From NCBI GenBank assembly GCA_031459915.1, contig JAVKHO010000016.1, positions 1-64,000 on the forward strand: a stretch of 64,000 nucleotides of DNA. The letters run 5' to 3'. This document shows positions 8,840-16,823 of this stretch, in pieces. Below the pieces are notes generated by a model. It saw nothing but the letters and a program-made list of their open reading frames with translations. It ran no database searches and was not told the DNA's origin. Origin of the DNA: Candidatus Tepidifontimicrobium thermophilum. Its GTDB lineage: Bacteria > Sysuimicrobiota > Sysuimicrobiia > Sysuimicrobiales > Sysuimicrobiaceae. The translations under genes and the position numbers were made by a program. Position 1 is the stretch's first letter. Every line of letters starts with the position of its first letter.

Positions 8840-9313
8840 TCAGCGCTTCACCCGGAGGAGTTCCCCTCGCGCCAGCGGCCTGTCCGGGTCCTGCCCGTAG
8901 ACCAGCACGGACACCCGCCGGGGCTCGCAGCCGTCAGCAGCTACGCCGGTCACCGGCTCGTCCTGTACACGGATCTCCGCGCGTTCCAACGGGGCGGGAG
9001 GTCTCGGTTCGCCGGGCTCCGCCTGCTCGGGCAACCACCGGAGCGGCGGGAAGGGAACTGACTCGTCCAGGCGACACCGCACGGGATCCCGGAAGCGGGC
9101 GTAGCTGAGGCTGCGCAGGTACTCCAGTTCGGCCTGGACGTAGCGGATGGCCCGGGTCCGCACCGCGGTCGGCCCGGTCGCCGACGGCCCAGCGGCGGAG
9201 AGCACCAGCCGGTGCACCGGCCAGGCGACCACCATCACCAGGGCCACCAGCTGGACGGACACCAGGATCTCCACGAGGCTCGACCCCAGCGTAGGAAGGT
9301 GCGCGTCCCGCAT
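8840..9313 (-). CDS. PilV-like minor pilin (second set)
   Basis: LG|SSLVEILVSV; QAELEYLRS shared with QAELDYLRS in 5619..6155. Confidence 0.75.
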   Translation of the reverse strand: MRDAHLPTLGSSLVEILVSVQLVALVMVVAWPVHRLVLSAAGPSATGPTAVRTRAIRYVQAELEYLRSLSYARFRDPVRCRLDESVPFPPLRWLPEQAEPGEPRPPAPLERAEIRVQDEPVTGVAADGCEPRRVSVLVYGQDPDRPLARGELLRVKR

Positions 9314-9431
9314 GGCTTCCACCCCCTGTCTGACCCTTCCGTGAGAGAGAACGCCGCAGGGGGACGGTTTTGCACTTCGCGCCTGGACGATTTTGGCAGC
9401 GTGGGTGTCAAGCGGGCCGCGGCCGTCCGGT

Positions 9432-10154
9432 TCAGCGTCCGAGCAGGTTCAACATCATCCGCAGGTACTGGCGGACGGTTCGCACAGGGGGCAACTTGCT
9501 GCGACCCCGTTTGAGGTCGTAGCGGAGCACGATGGGGACCTCCTCGACCCTGGGCCGGAGCGGCCGGAGTTTCAGAAGGAGCTCTGCCATGACCGCGAAC
9601 CCTTGCGACTCCACCAGCCGGTCACGGTACCGCTCCACCGCCTTCCGGAGGAGCTGGGCCCGGTAGGCCCGGAACCCGCACGTGTAGTCGCGCACACCGG
9701 GGGTGGGGAACAAAGCTGTGAGGACCAGACGGGCCCCGAAGCTCAGGAACCTGCGGATAGCCGGAACCCCCTCGACGCGGGCCCCTGGGCGGTAGCGGGA
9801 CGCGATGGCCAGGTCTGCGCCGCGTTCTATTGCGGCCACCAGCTCGGGGATCTGTACCGGTAGGTGACTCCCGTCCGCGTCTAGGGTGACCACCACGTCG
9901 CCAGGGGAAGCCTGCTCCAGCACGTAGCGGAGGCCCGTGTCGACCGCGCGGCCCAGGCCGAGGTTTCGGGGATGCCGCACTAGCTGCGGGCGAAGCGGTC
10001 CAGGCCACGCCTGTGCCAGCGCGGCGGTGGAGTCGGTGCTCCCGTCGTCCACCACCACCACCTTCAGGTCGTCCCGCCCGAGCGCCTCCAGTTGCTGCAG
10101 AAGCCCCGGTAGGTTCTCCGCCTCGTTGTAGGCAGGCAGCACCACCCAGACCAT
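9432..10154 (-). CDS. GT2 glycosyltransferase (polyprenol-phosphate sugar synthase-like)
   Basis: VLPAYNE, VDDGSTD, TLDADGSH, ASRY, DYTCGFRAY motifs. Confidence 0.92.
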   Translation of the reverse strand: MVWVVLPAYNEAENLPGLLQQLEALGRDDLKVVVVDDGSTDSTAALAQAWPGPLRPQLVRHPRNLGLGRAVDTGLRYVLEQASPGDVVVTLDADGSHLPVQIPELVAAIERGADLAIASRYRPGARVEGVPAIRRFLSFGARLVLTALFPTPGVRDYTCGFRAYRAQLLRKAVERYRDRLVESQGFAVMAELLLKLRPLRPRVEEVPIVLRYDLKRGRSKLPPVRTVRQYLRMMLNLLGR

Positions 10155-10157
10155 GGT

Positions 10158-10218
10158 CCTGGAACCGGTTCCACGCGGCGGCCCCTGTCACCTGTTCCTG
10201 GAACCGGTTCCAGGTACC
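10158..10218. repeat. Two REP-like palindromes left of the RAYT gene
   Basis: TGGAACCGGTTCCA (10160-10173) and CCTGGAACCGGTTCCAGG (10197-10214) followed by TACC. Confidence 0.85.
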
Positions 10219-10278
10219 GTGTGCAAAATGCCGCGGCCCGGACGTTCACTCCATGGAGGAAGCAGCGGAGGCGGCGTG

Positions 10279-11094
10279 ATGCCCCGTAAGCCACGAGTGG
10301 ACGTAGAGGGGGCCGTGTACCACGTGACCGCCCGCGGCAACCACCAGCAACGGCTCTTTTACGGACCTGAGGACTACATGGTCTACCTGTCCCTGCTGCG
10401 GGAAGCCGTGGAGCGGTTCGGCCTGCGGGTGCTTGCCTACGCCCTTCTGCCCAACCACGTGCACTTCCTGTGCCGCCGGGGACCAACCCCGCTGGCCAAG
10501 GTGATGCACTACGTCCAGCGGCGGTTCGCCCTTCACCACAACCGGCGTCTCGGAGTCCGGGGACACGCCTTCGAGGACCGGTACCATGCGAAGCTCTGCG
10601 ACAACGAAGAGTACCTGTGGGCGGTGGTGCGCTACATCCACGACAACCCGGTGCAGGCTGGGCTTTGTGACCGTCCGGACGGCTACCCGTGGACCAGCTA
10701 TCACGCCTATGCGTCCGGACAGTGGGACCTCGTGGATCAGGAGGAGGCAGCCAACTTGTTCGGTCCCCCCGAGGACGTCCGGGACCTGCCGCCAAAGCGG
10801 CCGGAGGGCCGACCCGCTGGCTCCAGGAACGGCGCTGGCCCGCGCCCCAATGCGACTTCGTCTTCCACGACCCGACGCCCGGGTCGGACAGACCGGGGTG
10901 GTCGAGGGGCGAGGCCCGAGTCGCCCCGCGAGCGGGCCGGTCGCGGCAAACAGAGCGGCCGAACGACGCCCTCTGTTGGGGCCCGCAGCCAGCCGGTCGG
11001 AGTCCACCCCGGTATACCGGGCTCGGGTACCCGGTTGGCTTTGCCGCACGCCTCCGATCCCCGGACCGAGGAGATGACGCGCCCGCCGCCGTGA
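10279..11094 (+). mobile_element. REP-associated tyrosine transposase (RAYT; IS200/Y1 HUH family)
   Basis: MPRKPR, YHVTARGN, HUH motif PNHVH, GHAFEDRY, catalytic Tyr in RYIHDNPVQAG, YPWTSY; flanked by palindromic repeats; the last ~100 aa are low-complexity. Confidence 0.9.
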
Positions 11095-11287
11095 CGCGTT
11101 AACGTCCGGGGCGTTTGAGCAGGCCTAGGAGCGCGACCTCGGTCTTCTTTGGTCCACGCCATGGACGACGGGGGCCGGTTTTGCGCGCCCTACTTTCTCC
11201 CGCCCTACTCTTCCCGTGTTCCGCAACCTTGCAACGGTCTCCGGCTACCGCTTCCTGTTCCTGGGTCCCTTCCTGGACGTGCCTAGG

Positions 11288-12454
11288 TTAGGCACCACTC
11301 CCAGCGCACCCACCTCCGGCCCCCGGGGTGTTCCTGGTACCGATTCCAGGTACCGGGCAGGGAGGCGCCGTGGTCCTGAGCCGGCCCAGGGTAGGTACCA
11401 GTCCCGCCACGCCTAGGTTCCCGCCCTCCCGAGGCGTTCCTGGTACCGGTTCCAGGTACGGGGCAGCCGGAGGCGCCGCGGTTCCTGGTTCCTGGTACTG
11501 GTTCCTGGTACTGGTTCCTGGTACTGGTTCCTGGTACCGGTTCCAGGTACCGGTTCCAGGTACCGGGCAGAGGGAGGCGCCGTGATCCAGGGTGGCGCCG
11601 TCGGTGGCGACGAACGCCCACTCGTACCGGCCGGGGAGCAGGCGTAGGCGGAGGACGCCGAAACGGTCGTCCCGGAGCACCTCCGGCTGCACGGCGGCCT
11701 GGCGGTGTGCGCGGTAGAGGTTGCGGCCCCCGGTCCCCACCACGAACTGGCGGATGCCACGGCCCGACGGCCGGCCCTCGCCGTCTAGAGGCGGGAACCT
11801 CTGGTAGTTGTGGTCGTGGCCGGTGAGGACCACGGCGGCGCCGTGCCGGTACAGCAGCTCCCACCACGGCCGTACGGGCTCGTACCCGGAGTAGCGGCCG
11901 GCGCTGAAAAGCGGATGGTGCCAGTACGCCAGCACGCATCTGCCGCGGGGACCGCTCAGCCGGTCGGTGAGCCACCCGAACTGCGGGGACCCGGGCCCGC
12001 AGCCGCCCACGGCCCAGCAGTTGGAGTTCAGGGCCAGCAACAGCCACCCTCCCGCTTCGAACGCGTAGTAGCCCAGCCCCGCGGGTCCTGCCAGGTCTTC
12101 GAAATACGCGAAGTAGCCGGCGGCTCCCGGGGTCTGGTACTCGTGGTTCCCCGGTACCGGTCGGGTCCGGCCGCGGTACCGGCCCCACGTTCGGCCGTAC
12201 CCGTTCTGATACCGCTCCAGCGCACCGTCCGGGTACTGCCCGTCCCCCAGCATCAGGACTAGGTCCGCTCCCTCCAGCAGCCGAGCAGTCTCGGCGTCCG
12301 CGCACTCGCCGGCCCGGGGCCGGTGGGTGGGGTCACACGCCACGTCCCCCGCCGCTGCCACCACCACGCCCTGCACCTCCGTTCCCGGCGCGGCAACTCC
12401 CGTGTAGCCGACCCCCAGGGCGGCAGCCACCGCGACCCACGTCACGGTACGCAC
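11288..12454 (-). CDS. Secreted calcineurin-like metallophosphoesterase with a repeat-derived C-terminal extension
   Basis: Signal peptide, AAGDVA, LGDGQY, GNHEY, WHHP, GHDHNYQR motifs; the domain ends near LDHG (~11580) and the frame then runs through the repeats. Confidence 0.88.
   Translation of the reverse strand: MRTVTWVAVAAALGVGYTGVAAPGTEVQGVVVAAAGDVACDPTHRPRAGECADAETARLLEGADLVLMLGDGQYPDGALERYQNGYGRTWGRYRGRTRPVPGNHEYQTPGAAGYFAYFEDLAGPAGLGYYAFEAGGWLLLALNSNCWAVGGCGPGSPQFGWLTDRLSGPRGRCVLAYWHHPLFSAGRYSGYEPVRPWWELLYRHGAAVVLTGHDHNYQRFPPLDGEGRPSGRGIRQFVVGTGGRNLYRAHRQAAVQPEVLRDDRFGVLRLRLLPGRYEWAFVATDGATLDHGASLCPVPGTGTWNRYQEPVPGTSTRNQYQEPGTAAPPAAPYLEPVPGTPREGGNLGVAGLVPTLGRLRTTAPPCPVPGIGTRNTPGAGGGCAGSGA
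11330..11564. repeat. REP-like palindromes and 13-nt tandem array right of the RAYT gene
   Basis: GTTCCTGGTACCG(A/G)TTCCAGGTAC at 11330 and 11436; six tandem GGTTCCWGGTACY units at 11487-11564. Confidence 0.9.
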
Positions 12455-12547
12455 GGCGCGGCCTCCTGAGCGGTCCCCGGCACACAGCCAGGCCGGATCG
12501 GCCGTATCCTAGAGGACGAGACCCCTTCCGGAAACAGGAGGTGAGCC

Positions 12548-13270
12548 ATGAAGCTACCCCAGGGCCTCAGCATCACCTACCTCGGCCATGCCAGCTTCAA
12601 GATCGGCACTCCCGGCGGGAAGGTGGTGTTCATCGACCCGTGGCTGGAGGGCAACCCACGGTGCCCGGACACCCACAAGAAGCAGGACCGGGCGGACCTG
12701 ATCCTCATCACCCACGGCCACTTCGACCACCTGTCCGCGGACGTCGCGCCCCTCGCCCGCGCCACCGGAGCCACGGTCGTGGCCATGCCGGAGGTGTGCG
12801 CGTTCCTCAGCCGGCAGGGCGTGGAGCGCTTCGAGCAGATGAACAAGGGCGGCACGGTTCACGTGCAGGGCCTCAAGGTCACCATGACCAACGCGTTTCA
12901 CAGCTCCGGCGCGCAGGCGGAGGACGGCTCCGTCGTGTACGCGGGTGACCCCGCAGGCTTCGTCCTGGAGACGGAGGACGGGTTCCGCATCTACCACGCG
13001 GGGGACACCTGTGTGTTCGGCGACATGAAGCTGATCGGCGAGCTGTACCGACCGCAGGTCGCCATGCTCCCCATCGGGGACCGGTTCACCATGGGCCCCA
13101 CCGAGGCCGCGTACGCCATCCGGCTCCTGGGAGTCAAGTGCGTGATCCCCATGCACTACGCTACCTTCCCCCTCCTCACCGGCACCCCAGACGCCTTGAA
13201 GGAAGCCACCCGGGACATCGAGGGGCTGGAGATCGTGGTCATGGAGCCGGGACAGACCTGGGCCGGCTAG
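12548..13270 (+). CDS. UPF0173-type metal-dependent hydrolase (metallo-beta-lactamase fold)
   Basis: LGHASF, IDPW, THGHFDH, YHAGDT, LPIGDRFTMGP, PMHYATF. Confidence 0.92.
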   Translation: MKLPQGLSITYLGHASFKIGTPGGKVVFIDPWLEGNPRCPDTHKKQDRADLILITHGHFDHLSADVAPLARATGATVVAMPEVCAFLSRQGVERFEQMNKGGTVHVQGLKVTMTNAFHSSGAQAEDGSVVYAGDPAGFVLETEDGFRIYHAGDTCVFGDMKLIGELYRPQVAMLPIGDRFTMGPTEAAYAIRLLGVKCVIPMHYATFPLLTGTPDALKEATRDIEGLEIVVMEPGQTWAG

Positions 13271-13280
13271 ACGCCACCCC

Positions 13281-13310
13281 GGGCCGGCCGCCGCGTGCGG
13301 CGGCCGGCCC
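13281..13310. terminator. 13-bp hairpin between convergent genes
   Basis: GGGCCGGCCGCCG-cgtg-CGGCGGCCGGCCC; no U tract. Confidence 0.5.
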
Positions 13311-13314
13311 TCTC

Positions 13315-13509
13315 CTACCGCGTGCCCCTCGACCGCACCCACAGGGCCACGCCCACCACGCCCAGACCCAGCCCGACCACCGAGACCCCGTACGCGACCA
13401 GGGCCACCACTAAGTCCGACGGGATCGTGCGCAACACCATGAGGAAGACCGCACCCCAGCTCCCGACCAGCAGGACCAGTCCGGTACCCATCAGCCGCAG
13501 GGGGCTCAC
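13315..13509 (-). CDS. Small two-TM membrane protein at the end of the peptide ABC operon
   Basis: GTG start overlapping the upstream TGA; 64 aa, strongly hydrophobic. Confidence 0.6.
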   Translation of the reverse strand: MSPLRLMGTGLVLLVGSWGAVFLMVLRTIPSDLVVALVAYGVSVVGLGLGVVGVALWVRSRGTR

Positions 13510-14531
13510 GGAGATCCCCCTCCTTCCACGGCCGGCGCCGCGGTCACGGTGCGGGCTCCTTCGTACAGCCAGCAGGCCGCCACGTGCCCCGCACCCACCT
13601 CGAAGTCCGGGGGCTCGCGTCGGTCGCACACGCCCGGGATGGCCGCAGGACACCGGGGGTGGAACCGGCAGCCCTCGGGAGGGCGAACCAGGCTCGGCGG
13701 CTCCCCCGGCGGTACGGGGCGGAGCCGCCTGGCGTTCTCCGGGTCCGGGTCCGGAATGGCCGCCAGCAAGGCCTGCGTATAGGGGTGCTTGGGCTCCCGC
13801 AGCAGGTCCGTCACCTGCGCCTGCTCCACGAGTTTTCCCGCGTACATGACCAGCACCCGTTCGCAGAAGTGGCGCACCGTGGAAAGGTCGTGCGTGATGT
13901 ACACCACGGACAGCCGGTGACTCTGCTGGAGGCTCCTCAGGAGCTGCAACACCTCCGCCCGGACGGAGGCGTCCAGCATGGAAACCGGCTCGTCCGCCAC
14001 CAGCAACCGGGGACCGAGGAGGGTGGCACGGGCCACCACCAGCCGCTGCTGCTGCCCGCCGCTGAGCATGTGGGGAAACCGGGGGAGGAACTCCTCCGGG
14101 GGTACCAGCTGGACAGCTTCCAAAGCCTCCACCACCCGGGCCCGCCGCTTCGAGGGTGAGCTCACGCCGTTGACCACAAGAGGTTCCTCGAGGATGCGGC
14201 GCACGCTCATGAAAGGGGGCAGGGCCCCGTACGGGTCCTGCTGGACGTAGCCCACCCGACGCCGGTACCAGCGCCAGTCGTCCGCGCCGCCGAGGCGTCG
14301 ACCTTCGAACCAAACCTCTCCGCGCAGGGGACGCACGAGTCCGAGCAGGGTCTTGGCCAGGGTGCTCTTACCGCAGCCGCTTTCCCCGACCACCGCCACC
14401 GCTTCGCCCTCCGCCAACTGGAAACTGACGCCGTCCACCGCCCGCACCCAGCCCTGGTGCAGGAAGCCCCACCGGCGCAGCTCGTACCAGGTGGCCAGCC
14501 CGCGGGCCGCCAGCAGCGGATCACCGCGCAC
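13506..14531 (-). CDS. Oligopeptide/dipeptide ABC ATPase (OppF/DppF-like)
   Basis: GESGCGKST, LSGGQQQR, ADEP, HPYT, C-terminal CRFHPRC. Confidence 0.93.
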   Translation of the reverse strand: MRGDPLLAARGLATWYELRRWGFLHQGWVRAVDGVSFQLAEGEAVAVVGESGCGKSTLAKTLLGLVRPLRGEVWFEGRRLGGADDWRWYRRRVGYVQQDPYGALPPFMSVRRILEEPLVVNGVSSPSKRRARVVEALEAVQLVPPEEFLPRFPHMLSGGQQQRLVVARATLLGPRLLVADEPVSMLDASVRAEVLQLLRSLQQSHRLSVVYITHDLSTVRHFCERVLVMYAGKLVEQAQVTDLLREPKHPYTQALLAAIPDPDPENARRLRPVPPGEPPSLVRPPEGCRFHPRCPAAIPGVCDRREPPDFEVGAGHVAACWLYEGARTVTAAPAVEGGGSP

Positions 14532-15504
14532 GCGTGGCCTCCTGAGCGTACAACCAGCACATCACGCGCCTGCCGCCCTCCACGGGCACGAGGGGAGGGG
14601 CCTGTCCGCACGGATCGAACCGGGCCGGGCACCGCGCCGCGAACCGGCACCCGGCCGGAGGGTTCAGCAGGCTGGGGGGACGTCCGGGCAGCGGTTGCGG
14701 AGCCCGTTCCTCCCGCAGGCTGACCACGCTGGCCCGAAGGGCCTGGGCGTAGGGGTGCATGGGCCCGGTGAGGAAGCGATCTAGGGGCCCGAACTCCACG
14801 ATCTGGCCCGCGTACATGAGGGCCACGTCGTCCGCCAGCTCGCTGGCGGTAGCCAAATCGTGGGTGATCAGGAGGAAACTGGTGCCGAGTTCCCACCGCA
14901 ATGTCTTGAGCAGGTTCAGGAGGTTCGCCTGGGTCAACACATCCAGCGCCGAGGTGGGCTCGTCCAGCACGACCAGCTGGGGCCTGAGGACCAGGGCCAT
15001 GGCGATGGCCACCCTCTGACGCATCCCTCCACTGAGTTCGAACGGGTAGCGGTCCGCGAACTCTGGGGGTACCCCCACCCGCCGCAAGGCTTCCACCACG
15101 TGATCCCGTGCCTCCTCCGGCCGGCGCACCCGTCCGTGCAGCCACAAGGGCTCGGCCACCTGGTCGCCTACCCGCAGCACGGGGTTGAGGGAGTTCATGG
15201 CGGCCTGCGGGACCAGCGACAGCCGAGCCCAGCGGACCTCCTGCCGGAACCGCTCCTCCGGCAGGACCATGAGGTCCTCCCCGTCTAGCAGCACCCGACC
15301 GCTGTAGTGGGCCACGTTGCGGGGCAGTAGCCGTAAGATGGCGCGCGCCAGGGAGGTCTTCCCGCAGCCGCTCTCCCCTAGCACCGCCACCGTACGGCCG
15401 CGTCCGACCTCCAGGTACACGCCGTCCACGGCCCGCACCGGCCCGGCGGCGGTGCGGAAGTGGAGATGCAGGTCCTCCACGCGCAGGAGCGGGGCCACCG
15501 TCAC
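14521..15504 (-). CDS. Oligopeptide/dipeptide ABC ATPase (OppD/DppD-like)
   Basis: GESGCGKT, YPFELSGGMRQR, LDEPT, CRFAARC; GTG start inferred. Confidence 0.93.
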   Translation of the reverse strand: MTVAPLLRVEDLHLHFRTAAGPVRAVDGVYLEVGRGRTVAVLGESGCGKTSLARAILRLLPRNVAHYSGRVLLDGEDLMVLPEERFRQEVRWARLSLVPQAAMNSLNPVLRVGDQVAEPLWLHGRVRRPEEARDHVVEALRRVGVPPEFADRYPFELSGGMRQRVAIAMALVLRPQLVVLDEPTSALDVLTQANLLNLLKTLRWELGTSFLLITHDLATASELADDVALMYAGQIVEFGPLDRFLTGPMHPYAQALRASVVSLREERAPQPLPGRPPSLLNPPAGCRFAARCPARFDPCGQAPPLVPVEGGRRVMCWLYAQEATRAR

Positions 15505-16823
15505 AGCTCCCTCAGCCGGGGGTTGAAGACCCGATCCAGGGCGAAGCCCAGGAGCGTGAAGGCCAACCCACTTAGCATGAGCATGAAGGCGGGCTCCAGG
15601 ACCCAGTAGGTGTAGCCCACATAGAGGGCGCCCGCGCGGTAAGCGTCCTCGATGACCTTCCCCCAGGTGGGTAAGACCGGGTCGCCGAGCCCCAACAGGG
15701 CCAGGGTGGCCTCCAGGAACACGAAGCCGGGGATGAGGGTTACGAACTGGGGCAAGAGCACCGGGATAGCCCTCGGGACCAGGTACACCGCCACCATGCG
15801 CAGGTTCCCCACCCCGTACGCGCGGGCAGCTTCCACGTAGGGCGCTTCCTTCACCTGCAGGAACAGGGCGCGGTAGGTCTTGATGCCGCCCCCGAAGATC
15901 CCCAACAGGATCACCGCACCCAGGATCACCCACAGGCTCCGGGAGTAGAGGGTGCCGATCATGATGAGGATGGGCAGGCCGGGCAGGATCAGGTTCACCT
16001 CGGTGATCCGCTGGATGAGGCCATCCACCCACCCGCCGTACCACGCACCCACCGCGGCGATCAGCAGCGTACTCAGGGACGACCCCACCGCCGCCAAAAG
16101 TCCGAAGGCCAGCGCGATGGGCGTCCCCCACAGCAAGGGGAGCAAGAGGTCGCGCCGCAGGTGGTCCGTCCCTGCGAGCCCGTACACCTCCCCGTACACC
16201 ACCAGCTCCGCCCGCACCGAGGAGCCCGGCTCGAACAGGAAAGCCCGCACCGTCAAGGTGTACCGGCCGGGGACTGCCTCTCCGGGCCGGTCTGCCGTGG
16301 AGAACAACATCTGCTCCGGGGCGCCCCCGAGGTTCCGGCGCAGCTCCGCGTCCGCGGACAGACGGTAGATGTCCTGGCGCCGCGGGGTCAGGTCCGCCAG
16401 GCGCAGCTCGGAGCCTGTGGGAGTCCGCCAGCTGAGCTCCAGCTGCGGCGCCTGCTCCTGGTAGTCGGCGTACACGAACACCGCGAGCTCGGTGGGGAAC
16501 CGACGGTAGCGGTACTCGAAGGGGAGGTCGAACTGCACCTCTCGCACGCCGCTGCCCAGGTCCCGCTCCCGGGCAGGTACCCGGGGGCTGTGCACCACCA
16601 AGGTGCGCGGTAACCGGCCTCCCCACAGCCAGTTCAGCCACTCGGGCCGCGCGTTGCGGGGGTTGCGGGGCCAGGCGGCCTCCCCCCCACTCCACAGGCG
16701 GACCGCCTCCGGGTACGGGATCGCCACCAGCGCGTACACGGAGATCCCCACGAGAAACGCGAGGATGGCAAGTCCCGCCAACGCGGACGGGTACCGCACC
16801 AGCTCCCGTAGGGTGCCCCTCAC
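15501..16823 (-). CDS. Peptide ABC permease (OppC-like) with a large extracytoplasmic insert
   Basis: GTDHLRRD, EAA motif PYVEAARAYG, PTWG; GTG start inferred. Confidence 0.9.
   Translation of the reverse strand: MRGTLRELVRYPSALAGLAILAFLVGISVYALVAIPYPEAVRLWSGGEAAWPRNPRNARPEWLNWLWGGRLPRTLVVHSPRVPARERDLGSGVREVQFDLPFEYRYRRFPTELAVFVYADYQEQAPQLELSWRTPTGSELRLADLTPRRQDIYRLSADAELRRNLGGAPEQMLFSTADRPGEAVPGRYTLTVRAFLFEPGSSVRAELVVYGEVYGLAGTDHLRRDLLLPLLWGTPIALAFGLLAAVGSSLSTLLIAAVGAWYGGWVDGLIQRITEVNLILPGLPILIMIGTLYSRSLWVILGAVILLGIFGGGIKTYRALFLQVKEAPYVEAARAYGVGNLRMVAVYLVPRAIPVLLPQFVTLIPGFVFLEATLALLGLGDPVLPTWGKVIEDAYRAGALYVGYTYWVLEPAFMLMLSGLAFTLLGFALDRVFNPRLREL

Noticed and set aside
10985..11050. Second GEMM riboswitch (minus strand GGCAAAGCC...GGCTGC)
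   Set aside because: No upstream GGCAAAC or GNRA-capped P2; treated as part of the unexplained structured segment
10737..11162. 141-aa minus-strand ORF antisense to the RAYT 3' end
   Set aside because: Low-complexity Arg/Pro/Gly composition, no RBS or motif; cannot be supported as a protein
11330..11564. Possible CRISPR array
   Set aside because: Spacing is irregular, intervening segments resemble each other instead of being unique spacers, part is a pure tandem repeat, and no cas genes are present; a RAYT/REP explanation fits better
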